DNA of 64,000 bases, taken from assembly GCA_964387845.1 (NCBI GenBank), contig CAYLXA010000006.1, positions 1 to 64,000 of the forward strand, written 5' to 3'. Positions 1 through 8,804 of the stretch are shown one piece after another; position 1 is the stretch's first letter, and each line of letters starts with the position of its first letter. Position numbers and translations under genes: made by a program. This stretch comes from an uncultured bacterium. Lineage in GTDB: Bacteria > Omnitrophota > Omnitrophia > Omnitrophales > Abzuiibacteriaceae. The notes beneath the pieces were generated by a model. That model saw only the letters and a list, made by a program, of their open reading frames with translations. It was not told the DNA's origin and made no database searches.

Positions 1-92
1 AGAACGCCTGCTGAAGTATTTAATGAATTGTTGCATTAGTAACTTGTATCCACACAGTTTCAAAAGTGCCAGGTTCAGAAATGGACTAGTTA

Positions 93-443
93 ATGACAGA
101 AATAGATAAAAGAAAATTTCAACATAAAGAATTGGCTGAAGGACGTTGGAATACTTTTTCTTTTGAAGAACAAATGGCTAACATTGGTAGCGAAGTCGAG
201 CGTGCGCTCAATTGGCGTGCCAAGAAAAATGAGGATTATGCCAACCGGGCATTTGAGCGTGCACTCGAGCTTTTTGACCTGACACTCGATGATACGAAAC
301 ACAAGCACCGCCTTCGCGAAATCACGCGCGCCCGCGAAGCGTGGGTTGATTTTTACGCAAACGGAAACGAATACGGCACGTCAGAAAAATCCTGGCGGAA
401 ATATTTTCTTGAGTTTACTTTCGCCACGCGCCGGAATCGGTAA
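93..443 (+). CDS. hypothetical small helical protein (116 aa), charged, no signal peptide
   Basis: Intact ORF with ATG start; no recognisable family motifs. EE..E / E-rich helical segments are vaguely MazG-like, but this is unsupported. Confidence 0.35.
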   Translation: MTEIDKRKFQHKELAEGRWNTFSFEEQMANIGSEVERALNWRAKKNEDYANRAFERALELFDLTLDDTKHKHRLREITRAREAWVDFYANGNEYGTSEKSWRKYFLEFTFATRRNR

Positions 444-503
444 TAAAAAATCAGCTATACGATATGGCTACATTCCACGCATCATACAAATTGGAGATCA
501 ATC

Positions 504-1244
504 ATGAAAGATGCAATATCCAAAATAGTGGTTAGCGCCATTTTCACATGCATACTTCTTTTAAATGTGGCGCAAGCAGATAGCGCCTCCATTCCTGAAG
601 CCATTCAAGATTCCGCTAAATCAATTGTCTGGGTGTCGACAGGCGGAAAAGGCAGCCTCGCCAAAATAGGAGGCCTTATCTCTTACAATCCCAAACTGAA
701 AATGGAAGATTATGACACCACCGCATTCCATACGGGATTTGTCATTGATCCTTCCGGAATTATCGTGGTTTATCCCGGTGCACTCATACAATCTGAAGAG
801 GGAAAGCCGATTGAAGTTGTGACTGCTTCCGGCAAAACATATCAAGCTCGTCTTCTGAATCGTACGCAGGAATTAGCTAGTATTAAAATTGAGCCAGAAG
901 AACCTTTGGTAGCACTATCTTCGGACAGGCCGGGCGCTTTTACGTCTATGGAATCTCTTTATATGGTCAGCCGCCGGAAAAACGGAGAGTTGGCAATATG
1001 GCCCGTGAAGATGGGCGGACTTATGAATCAAGAGCCTGCAATGGGAGGCAGCTACACAGACAATATTGTTATGGCAACAGAGGGCAAAATTGATACCGAT
1101 AGCGGTATTCTTTTTAATGAGAAAGGTGAATGGGCCGGTTATGCAGTCAAATTTTACAGTATAAAAATGCAAGGCTATTTACCCCAGCAGTCGGTAAATG
1201 CAATCACGTCAAGCCGTATCAGAAACGCAATACAACAGCTTTGA
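504..1244 (+). CDS. secreted trypsin-like (S1-fold) peptidase-domain protein, possibly degenerate
   Basis: N-terminal signal peptide (hydrophobic stretch then ...AQA). 'TDSGILFNEKGEWAGYAV' resembles the GxSGGxLxNxxGExxG serine-motif region of DegP-like proteases, but the His/Asp are not clearly placed. Confidence 0.35.
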   Translation: MKDAISKIVVSAIFTCILLLNVAQADSASIPEAIQDSAKSIVWVSTGGKGSLAKIGGLISYNPKLKMEDYDTTAFHTGFVIDPSGIIVVYPGALIQSEEGKPIEVVTASGKTYQARLLNRTQELASIKIEPEEPLVALSSDRPGAFTSMESLYMVSRRKNGELAIWPVKMGGLMNQEPAMGGSYTDNIVMATEGKIDTDSGILFNEKGEWAGYAVKFYSIKMQGYLPQQSVNAITSSRIRNAIQQL

Positions 1245-1288
1245 TATAGGTAGGGGACAGTTCCCAAAAAAGGGGACAGGTAAATACT

Positions 1289-1684
1289 GTGCAGAAAACG
1301 AAAATATTCAATATTCCAATCTCACGTGACGCGAAGCGCGTGTATCAATTTACGTCCAACCCTGAAAACCTGCCGAAGTGGGCGAAGGCGTTCTGCCTGT
1401 CCATTAAAAGAGCAGGCAATGAATGGGTGATGACGACGCCGATGGGCGAGGCAAAGGCCCGTTTTGCGCCTCAAAACAAGTGGGGCGTTCTCGATCATTA
1501 TGTAAGCCCGAAGCCCGGTGTTGAAATTTATGTACCGATGCGCGTGATCGCAACCGCAAAAGACGCGAGCGAAGTGGTTTTTACGCTGATTCAAATGCCC
1601 GGCATGACGGACGATGCTTTTGCGGAAGATATTAAAATGGTTGAGAAGGATTTGAACAGTTTGAAGCAAGTTTTGGAATCCTAA
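1289..1684 (+). CDS. SRPBCC (Bet v1/AHSA1/polyketide-cyclase-like) family protein
   Basis: GTG start with a GGGGACAGG RBS. Size and composition fit SRPBCC, but no diagnostic motif was seen, so the family call is tentative. Confidence 0.4.
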   Translation: MQKTKIFNIPISRDAKRVYQFTSNPENLPKWAKAFCLSIKRAGNEWVMTTPMGEAKARFAPQNKWGVLDHYVSPKPGVEIYVPMRVIATAKDASEVVFTLIQMPGMTDDAFAEDIKMVEKDLNSLKQVLES

Positions 1685-1721
1685 CGTTGTCCGGTCAATA
1701 TATATCGATAGGGAGGGGCGC

Positions 1722-2186
1722 ATGAAAAAAATAATGACGGGTTTTAGTTTGGTGTTGTTTGTATTTTCTTTGATTTGTTTAACGCCTGTAAGTTTTGCCA
1801 ATGACGAAGTCAGGACTGAGCCTCAGCAGGACATGAATCCGGCGGGGAATGTGCCGCCGCAAGGCAAAACTTGGGACAAAGCTTGGAGCGGTTACTTCGG
1901 CCGCGATCTTCCTGATCCGCTCGCCGATCCCAACATGACGCCTGAAGAATGGAGCCGCAAGCGTGAAGAAGCCGCAAAGCGCGGGCAGGCCGCCGCCGAT
2001 TTTACGGCTGCCGCAACCACGGTTGTCAGCGCTGGTACGGCCAGCCCGACACTGGGCGTTACGGCTGCGCAAATGGCAGTTTCAGAAGGTGCCGGCGCAG
2101 TTGTGGAAGCAGAAACTACGCCGCCGCCCGCCAAGCCGGGCCTCTTGAGGCGTGCTTGGAATTGGATCAAGAGCTGGTTTAAGTAA
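1722..2186 (+). CDS. secreted hypothetical protein (signal peptide; A/T/P-rich C-terminal half)
   Basis: Strong GGGAGGGG RBS 6 nt upstream of the ATG. Classical signal peptide 'MKKIMTGFSLVLFVFSLICLTPVSFA'. Confidence 0.45.
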   Translation: MKKIMTGFSLVLFVFSLICLTPVSFANDEVRTEPQQDMNPAGNVPPQGKTWDKAWSGYFGRDLPDPLADPNMTPEEWSRKREEAAKRGQAAADFTAAATTVVSAGTASPTLGVTAAQMAVSEGAGAVVEAETTPPPAKPGLLRRAWNWIKSWFK

Positions 2187-2221
2187 AGAAAACAACCGAA
2201 ACGAGAAATCCGAAAGGCCCC

Positions 2222-3112
2222 ATGACAAAATATATTTCCCGGTTTTTTGCGATTGTGTGCATTTTGTTGTTTGCCTGTACACTTACACTTCACGCCGATG
2301 ACAAAACGGCGCGGCAGGACAAAATCAATAAGGAAATGGACAAATTCGGCATCAAGCCGAAAGAAGATGGTTCGGGCGCCAAGGAACCCGCCAAAGATTC
2401 CGGAGCCAAGAAAGACGATGGCGCAAAACCGGCCGAGAAGCCCGAGATGACAAACGGTTCTGCGACCAACAACGGTAAGGATGCGGTGAACGTTCAACCT
2501 CACAATATCGACGGCAAAACCGGCCCGGCCACACCGCTCAAGCCGGGCGAGTCGATGTCGTTTCCGCCGGGAACGGTCGGGGTGATTGTCCGGAATCCGG
2601 GCGGCAAAGACGGTATTCATGTGACGGTGACTCATCCCAACGGCGATAAAACCGGCATCAATACAAAAGAAAATTCATTCCTGGGCGATGTGCACAAACC
2701 GAATGTGGTGGACAACAAAGGCCAGGGTTCCGTGATTATCAAAGGCAAAACGGAGTCCGGCGGAATCTCTGTGACACAATTAGGCCCCGGAAAGCATATG
2801 GAATTACCCGCCGGAACAAAAGAAGTCCGGGTTGAAAAAGACCCGGCCGGCATAGGCAATGACAAAGACCCTGATGTCGATGTCACGGGCCCTGACGGCA
2901 GCAAGCAGCATCATGGTGAATGGAGAAAGTGGAAAAAAGTAGAAGGAAAAAACGAAAAGAACGATTCAACTTCACAAAACCCGGATGAGCGCTTTGATGT
3001 GCCGGGATCGGAATTGGCATCCAATCCGGTGCGGGGCGCGGAGATAGAGGAAGGCCGCGCGCTTGAGGAAGCCCATCATCCGGATGCGCAGCATCACGGT
3101 CATTATCAATAA
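2222..3112 (+). CDS. secreted low-complexity K/D/G/P-rich protein
   Basis: Signal peptide 'FFAIVCILLFACTLTLHA'. Repetitive charged composition (GAKKDDGAKPAEKPE...) with a His-rich C-terminus. Confidence 0.4.
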   Translation: MTKYISRFFAIVCILLFACTLTLHADDKTARQDKINKEMDKFGIKPKEDGSGAKEPAKDSGAKKDDGAKPAEKPEMTNGSATNNGKDAVNVQPHNIDGKTGPATPLKPGESMSFPPGTVGVIVRNPGGKDGIHVTVTHPNGDKTGINTKENSFLGDVHKPNVVDNKGQGSVIIKGKTESGGISVTQLGPGKHMELPAGTKEVRVEKDPAGIGNDKDPDVDVTGPDGSKQHHGEWRKWKKVEGKNEKNDSTSQNPDERFDVPGSELASNPVRGAEIEEGRALEEAHHPDAQHHGHYQ

Positions 3113-3198
3113 TTCCGGAGGTGTTACGGCATGCCACTTTCCAGAAGCCTTGCAGGCAAATGTTCAAATGTTGGGCCAGACACCGCCAGCAATACTTT

Positions 3199-3228
3199 TT
3201 GAATTAACTTGAGTTAATAACGTAAATA
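3199..3228 (+). promoter_or_regulatory. candidate sigma70-like promoter (TTGAAT-N18-TAAATA) upstream of the 3258 CDS
   Basis: Hexamers read directly from the sequence; an AAGGAGG RBS follows at 3245–3251. Confidence 0.3.
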
Positions 3229-3257
3229 AAAATCGAGATCAAACGAAGGAGGTATTT

Positions 3258-3824
3258 ATGAAACATTTTAGTTTATCCTTTTTGCTCTCAAGATTAATCA
3301 TCGCAGCGATGACGTTTGTGTTTGCATTGTCATCCCAAACGGCTTATGCCGGAAGCGCCCGGGAGATTAATGCTTCTTATGAAACCGCGCTGGATATCCT
3401 CAAGCGCGAATCTCTCGGTGCGGAAGATGCTTTAAAGAAAGCGAAAGGCATTCTGGTGATTCCCGGCATGTGGAAGTTCGGCCTTGGGCTTGGCGGGGAA
3501 TATGGAGAGGGCGCATTAAAAGTCGGCGGGTCATTTGTGGATTATTACAGCATGATCGGGCTTTCGCTCGGATGGCAGGTTGGTATTCAAAAGCATACCG
3601 TTATTCTGGCTTTTATGGATGACGATATTCTCAAAAAATTTCAGTCAAGCAGCGGCTGGGAATTTGGCCTGGACGGCTCGGCAACTCTTATTGCGGTTGG
3701 TATCGACGGCGATATCACAACACTTACCCACAACGAACCAATCCTGGCGTTTGTGATTGATCAAAAGGGTCTGATGGTCAACCTGACCCTTGAAGGCTAC
3801 AAATTAACCAAGATTAAAAAGTAA
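3258..3824 (+). CDS. secreted SYLF/DUF500 (Ysc84-like) lipid-binding domain protein
   Basis: Signal peptide. The Gly-rich beta pattern 'GGEYGEGALKVGGSF...GWEFGLDGSATLIAVGIDG' is typical of the SYLF/DUF500 family, at the expected ~190 aa size. Confidence 0.5.
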   Translation: MKHFSLSFLLSRLIIAAMTFVFALSSQTAYAGSAREINASYETALDILKRESLGAEDALKKAKGILVIPGMWKFGLGLGGEYGEGALKVGGSFVDYYSMIGLSLGWQVGIQKHTVILAFMDDDILKKFQSSSGWEFGLDGSATLIAVGIDGDITTLTHNEPILAFVIDQKGLMVNLTLEGYKLTKIKK

Positions 3825-3856
3825 AAGCAGATGAATAAATTTGAAGAACACAGGAC

Positions 3857-3885
3857 TTGCAATCCCCTCATTTCTTTCATAAAAT
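3857..3885 (+). promoter_or_regulatory. candidate sigma70-like promoter TTGCAA-N17-TAAAAT
   Basis: Near-consensus hexamers with 17-nt spacing. An AGGAGG RBS (3919–3924) sits 8 nt before the ATG at 3933. Confidence 0.4.
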
Positions 3886-3932
3886 GGAGCCCTTCAAAGT
3901 CGTGACACAGAGGCCAACAGGAGGAATTGCGT

Positions 3933-4313
3933 ATGGACATTAAAAAACTAATCCCACTTCTCTTAATCGCCGTTGTTTTTATTGCCGCTAAATCCGATGA
4001 GAGATCAAAAGGATGGTTTGGGAGCGGGACTACCGAATCTGCATCAACTTCTAGCTCGTCTTATGGTAATTATGGCACGTCATCAACAGCTTCTACGGCT
4101 TCGGCAAGCAAAACAACCGCTAAAAATGCGGCTGCCGACGAAGAACCGGCAGATGCCCAGGCAAACGCGCTCAGCGTTCTAGCGAAAAATCCGGAAGCGA
4201 TTAAATCATTATTAAGCCTTGCCAAAGCTATGGAGCAAGGAAACACGCAGCCGGCCTCTGAAACAACACCCAAGGCCAGCACAACGACAGCCCAAAAGAG
4301 CAGCTGGCGTTAA
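3933..4313 (+). CDS. secreted S/T/A-rich low-complexity protein
   Basis: ATG at 3933 preferred over the TTG at 3927 because of RBS spacing. Signal/TM 'LIPLLLIAVVFIAA', then Ser/Thr/Ala-rich tracts. Confidence 0.4.
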   Translation: MDIKKLIPLLLIAVVFIAAKSDERSKGWFGSGTTESASTSSSSYGNYGTSSTASTASASKTTAKNAAADEEPADAQANALSVLAKNPEAIKSLLSLAKAMEQGNTQPASETTPKASTTTAQKSSWR

Positions 4314-4344
4314 GGCCGACTTTTTGGCGCACCGACTTTGAGAG

Positions 4345-4380
4345 CCCCTCGGCGGGTAAAACCGCGCGAGGGGTTTTTGT
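4345..4380 (+). terminator. rho-independent terminator (CCCCTCG...CGAGGGG stem followed by TTTTTGTTT)
   Basis: GC-rich inverted repeat at 4345–4351/4367–4373 with a U-run, immediately downstream of the 3933–4313 CDS. Confidence 0.6.
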
Positions 4381-4472
4381 TTCTGCCAACCGCTCGCTCT
4401 TAGTTGGCTGAATTACTGGAAGAACAGGGTATTTTCCTGTAAAATCTCACACCAACGGCAAAAGGATCTCGG

Positions 4473-4898
4473 ATGATTCGATTCATGATTCAATTAGAGA
4501 AAATAACATGGTGGTATTGGCTTGCGAGCGTTTTGCTGCTTACAATCGGCCTCTTGGGCAACCCGGGCGCTTTTTATTTTTTGATTGTGCTGTGTTTCAT
4601 TCAAGTCGTTCATTTTGGGATTTTAGACCAATCCATCCGGTCTTTTACGGTTCAGCTGCGCCTGGCAATGCTCGGGATCGTGCTGTTGTGTTATTGGGAG
4701 CCGCTCAGGTGGCTGTATTGGATTCCGTTTTTTGGTTTATGGGCAAATGTGCTGTTTGGTTATTGCTTTTTAGCGCGTGTGATGTCGCTTGCAAGTTGGA
4801 ACCGGAAAGAAAAGCTGTCTTTCAATCTTATTAAACAAACCATTTTTTCTCCGCCTGTCCGAGGGTGTATTTTGGATACGCCTTTGAAACATCAGTAG
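4473..4898 (+). CDS. small integral membrane protein (3–4 TM), hypothetical
   Basis: Hydrophobic helices throughout; AAAGGA RBS before the ATG. Confidence 0.35.
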   Translation: MIRFMIQLEKITWWYWLASVLLLTIGLLGNPGAFYFLIVLCFIQVVHFGILDQSIRSFTVQLRLAMLGIVLLCYWEPLRWLYWIPFFGLWANVLFGYCFLARVMSLASWNRKEKLSFNLIKQTIFSPPVRGCILDTPLKHQ

Positions 4899-4902
4899 CC
4901 TC

Positions 4903-5550
4903 ATGAGCGGAATTCTCGAATCAATCGAAGCGGCACTTAAAAATTCGGCCAGCTATTTACCGCTTGAGTGGTCTGCATTTTTGGGCGGCATGATCGAAGA
5001 AATCATTGCGCCGATTCCGTCTCCTTTTGTGATGGCTGCTGTCGGTTCCGCAGCTTACGCGCAAAGCAAAATGTTTCCTGCGCTCGTGTGGTATGCCTTC
5101 ATGGGCTCGGTCGGAAAAACCATCGGTGCATGGGTCATTTATGCGATTGCAGACAAATTGGAAGATGCCATTGTGCCGAAATTCGGCCGATTTTTCGGAA
5201 TTTCGCACCAGGAAGTTGAGGGGCTTGGGAAAAAATTTAACGGCGGATGGCGCGACGATTTAATTCTGTTCACGCTCCGTGCGCTTCCCATCGTGCCGAG
5301 CTCACCGGTTTCGGCGGTGTGCGGTATCATCAAAATTAATCTTCGAACTTACATGATTGCGACGCTTCTCGGAAATTTTGTCCGGAACTTCATTTATATT
5401 TATTTGGGTTACGTGGGGCTTTCGGCCTATCATTCCGTTTTGAGCGGGCTCGATAATCTGGAATCCGTTGTTCAAATCGTCATTTTCACCGCTCTCGCGG
5501 CATTTGTGGGCTGGATTTATTATCAAAGGCATCAAAGAAGCAAAAAATAG
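4903..5550 (+). CDS. DedA/SNARE-associated (VTT domain) membrane protein
   Basis: Multi-TM protein of DedA size with a hydrophobic/Gly-rich core; family assignment from overall pattern only. Confidence 0.45.
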   Translation: MSGILESIEAALKNSASYLPLEWSAFLGGMIEEIIAPIPSPFVMAAVGSAAYAQSKMFPALVWYAFMGSVGKTIGAWVIYAIADKLEDAIVPKFGRFFGISHQEVEGLGKKFNGGWRDDLILFTLRALPIVPSSPVSAVCGIIKINLRTYMIATLLGNFVRNFIYIYLGYVGLSAYHSVLSGLDNLESVVQIVIFTALAAFVGWIYYQRHQRSKK

Positions 5551-5565
5551 AAACGGGGAATTTTC

Positions 5566-6165
5566 ATGAAACTATTGAAAGCCGGCCTGTCGGCCGTTGT
5601 GAGTTTATTTACCGGTCTTTTAATTCTTGTCGCAGCAGAAACGCCGCCGAGCAATTTTTCGGCTGAAATGGTTATGCGAGCCCAAAACCAAGTAATGCAG
5701 GGCAAGATCTACGCTTCCAATCAGAAAACCCGCATGGAAAACCCGGTCAATGTAATTATCGCCCGGCCGGATTTAAATGTATCGTGGGTTTTAATGCCGC
5801 AGCAGAAAATGTATATGGAACAGCCGCTTGATCCGGCAAATTTGCCAAAAACATCCGTTCAGATGCCCGGTGAAATTGAAAGAATCGAAGTCGGGACGGA
5901 ATCCATTGACGGCAGGCAGGCTCGGAAATTCAAAGTCACTTATTCCGACAACGGCCGGCAGGATTCACTTTATCAATGGATGGCCGAGGGCATTCCGATT
6001 CCCGTTAAAATGGAATCGATGGATGGCAGCTGGTCGATGGAATATCGCAATATCCATGTCGGTCCGCAGCCGGACGTTATTTTTGAAGTGCCGCCCGGGT
6101 ATCAAAAAATGGCGATGCCGAATTTAAATGACATGATGGCACAGGCGATGCAGGAAAATTATTAG
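5566..6165 (+). CDS. secreted DUF4412/LolA-like periplasmic protein
   Basis: Signal peptide; size and pattern ('FEVPPGYQKM', beta-rich) resemble the LolA-fold DUF4412 family. Confidence 0.35.
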   Translation: MKLLKAGLSAVVSLFTGLLILVAAETPPSNFSAEMVMRAQNQVMQGKIYASNQKTRMENPVNVIIARPDLNVSWVLMPQQKMYMEQPLDPANLPKTSVQMPGEIERIEVGTESIDGRQARKFKVTYSDNGRQDSLYQWMAEGIPIPVKMESMDGSWSMEYRNIHVGPQPDVIFEVPPGYQKMAMPNLNDMMAQAMQENY

Positions 6166-6170
6166 CCCAA

Positions 6171-6473
6171 ATGAAAAAAATTTTATTCTGCTTCACAGTT
6201 CTTTTAATCGGTTCAGTCGTTTCGTTCTCGCTTCACGCCGAAGAGCCCAAGCAGGCCAAAAAAAACAGGCAATCCATTACCGGGATTCTGACAGAAGTCA
6301 CAAAAACATCTCTCACGATTCGTACGCAGGACGGCAAAGAACTGAGCTACATGCGCGGCTTTAAACTCAAGATGCCCGAGAAAGTTGGAAAGGGAAGCCT
6401 TGTGACGATCCACATCAATCCGATCCTGGGCGTCGTCAAATCGATTGAGCCCGGGACGGGGAAGAAGCAGTGA
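6171..6473 (+). CDS. small secreted hypothetical protein
   Basis: Signal peptide 'VLLIGSVVSFSLHA'. Confidence 0.35.
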   Translation: MKKILFCFTVLLIGSVVSFSLHAEEPKQAKKNRQSITGILTEVTKTSLTIRTQDGKELSYMRGFKLKMPEKVGKGSLVTIHINPILGVVKSIEPGTGKKQ

Positions 6474-7327
6474 TTCAAAAAGTCCGCGTCTTCCTGGAGA
6501 TGATTAAGTTTGAGCATTCGGTTTTTGCGCTGCCGTTTGCGTACCTCGGACTTTTTTTGGCTTCAAACGGGCTTCCGACGTTTCACAGCTTTTTCTGGGT
6601 GACGCTAGCAATGGTGTCGCTCCGGACTTCCGCGATGTGTTTTAACCGCTTGCTTGATCAGCAAATCGATTCGGAAAATCCCAGAACGCAGAATCGCGCG
6701 CTGCCGCGCCGGCTGATCACGCGCCGTTTTACGTGGATGGCCGCTGTGATCGGTGTTTTTATTTTTGTGAAGTCGGCTGAGAATTTAAACGAACTTTGCT
6801 TGGCATTGACGCCGGTTCCGATCGCACTTTCCTTGATTTATCCGCTCGTGAAACGTTTTTCGTGGATCTCGCACTGGGTGTTGGGACTGACGCTCGGCAT
6901 TGCGCCTTACGGCGGCTGGCTGGCGGCGCGTCCCGAATGGAGCTGGATTCCGGGGCTTCTCGCGATTGCCGTTTTAAGCTGGGTGAGCGGTTTCGATATC
7001 TTTTATGCGCTTCAGGACGCCGATTTTGACCGCAAAAAAGGGCTTTTTTCACTGCCGGCAAGTTTCGGCGAGCCGAGGGCTATTTTTGTTGCAAAATGCC
7101 TCCAGGGACTTACAATATTAGCTCTTATTTTGGCCGGAATTTTATCGTCCCGCCATCTGTTCTATTGGGCCGGTATTGGGCTGGTTTCGGCGTTTATTTA
7201 CCGCGAACACCGGCTGATTGATCAATTCGGGCTCAAAAAAATTAACGAAGCTTTTTTTAACATGAACGCATGGGTCAGCGTTGTCATTTTTCTGGCCGCG
7301 TGGCTTGATTTGATGGTTTTTCCATGA
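6470..7327 (+). CDS. UbiA-family aromatic prenyltransferase (likely 1,4-dihydroxy-6-naphthoate polyprenyltransferase, MqnP-like)
   Basis: Multi-TM protein with the UbiA Asp-rich motif 'NRLLDQQIDSEN' and a second 'YALQDADFD' motif. Overlaps the downstream UbiX-like gene in a futalosine-pathway operon. Confidence 0.7.
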   Translation: MIQKVRVFLEMIKFEHSVFALPFAYLGLFLASNGLPTFHSFFWVTLAMVSLRTSAMCFNRLLDQQIDSENPRTQNRALPRRLITRRFTWMAAVIGVFIFVKSAENLNELCLALTPVPIALSLIYPLVKRFSWISHWVLGLTLGIAPYGGWLAARPEWSWIPGLLAIAVLSWVSGFDIFYALQDADFDRKKGLFSLPASFGEPRAIFVAKCLQGLTILALILAGILSSRHLFYWAGIGLVSAFIYREHRLIDQFGLKKINEAFFNMNAWVSVVIFLAAWLDLMVFP

Positions 7328-7941
7328 AACAAAAACCTTACGTGGTTGCGATTACAGGCGCGAGCGGCTCCATTTACGGCGTCCGCTTGGTCCGCGTTTT
7401 GGCGGAACTGGGACGTGAAATCGCGCTCGTCATCTCCGAATCCGCGAAGACCGTGATTCGCGAAGAGCTCGAAATCGATCTCGGCGATTTGCGTTCACCC
7501 CGGCTTGAGAAATTATTCGATCCGCAAACACTTTCCAAAATTTCTTATTATTTCCACGGCGATTTCACATCTCCCATCGCGAGCGGTTCTTATCCCACAG
7601 AAGGCATGATCATCGTTCCGACGTCGACGACCACGCTTGCGCGGGTCGCGGCCGGCATTTCGCAAAGTTTAATCGAACGTGCCGCCGAATGCATGATCAA
7701 AGAAGGACGCAAGCTCGTTTTGGTTCCGCGAGAAACACCGCTGTCTGCGATTCATCTGGAAAATATGCTGAAACTTTCCCGGATCGGCGTCTCAATCGTT
7801 CCGGCGATGCCCGGGTTTTATTCGGGGCAAAAATCGGTTGATGAAATGATCGATTTTGTGGTCGGCAAAGCGCTCGATCAAATCGGCGTCGAGCATGCGC
7901 TTTTTCAGCGCTGGACGGGCTCGCGGGAGAAAGTATCGTGA
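7324..7941 (+). CDS. UbiX/Pad1-family flavin prenyltransferase (MqnL-like)
   Basis: 'VVAITGASGSIYGVRLVRVL' flavoprotein N-terminus; ~200 aa; conserved 'LVLVPRETPLS'. Confidence 0.8.
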   Translation: MKQKPYVVAITGASGSIYGVRLVRVLAELGREIALVISESAKTVIREELEIDLGDLRSPRLEKLFDPQTLSKISYYFHGDFTSPIASGSYPTEGMIIVPTSTTTLARVAAGISQSLIERAAECMIKEGRKLVLVPRETPLSAIHLENMLKLSRIGVSIVPAMPGFYSGQKSVDEMIDFVVGKALDQIGVEHALFQRWTGSREKVS

Positions 7942-8804
7942 ACGTGAAGATCTCGACCGGAATCCGGCTCGGTAGAATCAGCTACATCAACACACTTCCT
8001 TTTTATCACGGCTTTGAATCCGAACAGCTGGAGGCGCGGGCCGCCTTTGGCGAGCCTCGCTTCGGGCGGGAAGGCGTTCCGTCGCAGATCAACGCCTGGA
8101 TTTCTGCGAAAGAAATCGATATCGCGCCCATTTCGGCTTTGGAATATGCACGGAATCCGAAAGATTATTATTTACTGCCGGGGCTTTGCATCGGCGCGCA
8201 CGAATTTTCGGGAAGCGTGTTGTTGATTAGTAAGGAAAAAATAGAAAACCTGGACGGCAAAAAAATCGCCATCACGCAGGATAGCCTGAGCGCACAGGCG
8301 CTTGCCAAGATTCTGCTAAAGAAGCGTTTTGGATTCCGGAATGAATTTACAATTTCCGCCCAATCCGCGGATGACATGCTGAAAGAAGCGAGCGCATGCC
8401 TCGTGATCGGCGATGCGGCGCTTTTCTACGAACCGAAAGAATTTGTTTATAAATATGATTTGAGCGAGCTTTGGTGGGAATGGGCATTGAAGCCCTTTTG
8501 TTTTTCGGTGTGGGCCGTGCGGCGCGAATTTTTTGACGCAAATTCCGAAGAAGTCATCGCTTTTTCAAAGCGCCTGAAAGCCAATACGGTCAAAAATCTG
8601 GGCCAGCTCCAGATGTTGATTCAGGAAGGTCTGGGTCTCCAGATTCATGACGCTAAATTTCCGGTTGTGTTCAGTTATTTATCGAGTCTGAAATTTAATT
8701 TCAACGAAACCATGCAGCAAGGTTTGGCCCGCTTTTTTGATGACGCCGCCGAACTTGGATTTGTGCCGCATTCTCCGGCACTGCAAATGATTGAGGGGGA
8801 ATGA
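7938..8804 (+). CDS. mqnA: MqnA/MqnD-family futalosine-pathway enzyme (chorismate dehydratase-like)
   Basis: 'LGRISYINTLPFYHG' is the hallmark N-terminal motif of the VitK2_biosynth (MqnA/MqnD) family; periplasmic-binding-protein-like size. Confidence 0.6.
   Translation: MNVKISTGIRLGRISYINTLPFYHGFESEQLEARAAFGEPRFGREGVPSQINAWISAKEIDIAPISALEYARNPKDYYLLPGLCIGAHEFSGSVLLISKEKIENLDGKKIAITQDSLSAQALAKILLKKRFGFRNEFTISAQSADDMLKEASACLVIGDAALFYEPKEFVYKYDLSELWWEWALKPFCFSVWAVRREFFDANSEEVIAFSKRLKANTVKNLGQLQMLIQEGLGLQIHDAKFPVVFSYLSSLKFNFNETMQQGLARFFDDAAELGFVPHSPALQMIEGE

Noticed and set aside
621-2635. Antisense/overlapping ORFs (e.g. 621–845 −, 1322–1801 −, 1892–2635 −, 1963–2148 +) and many similar ones throughout (6759–7061 −, 10819–11307 +, 13053–13881 −, 15181–15699 +, 22437–22812 −, 60676–61171 ±, etc.)
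   Set aside because: They are fully embedded in longer ORFs that carry recognisable protein-family motifs. They have no RBS or homology and are typical of frame shadows in moderate-to-high-GC coding DNA.
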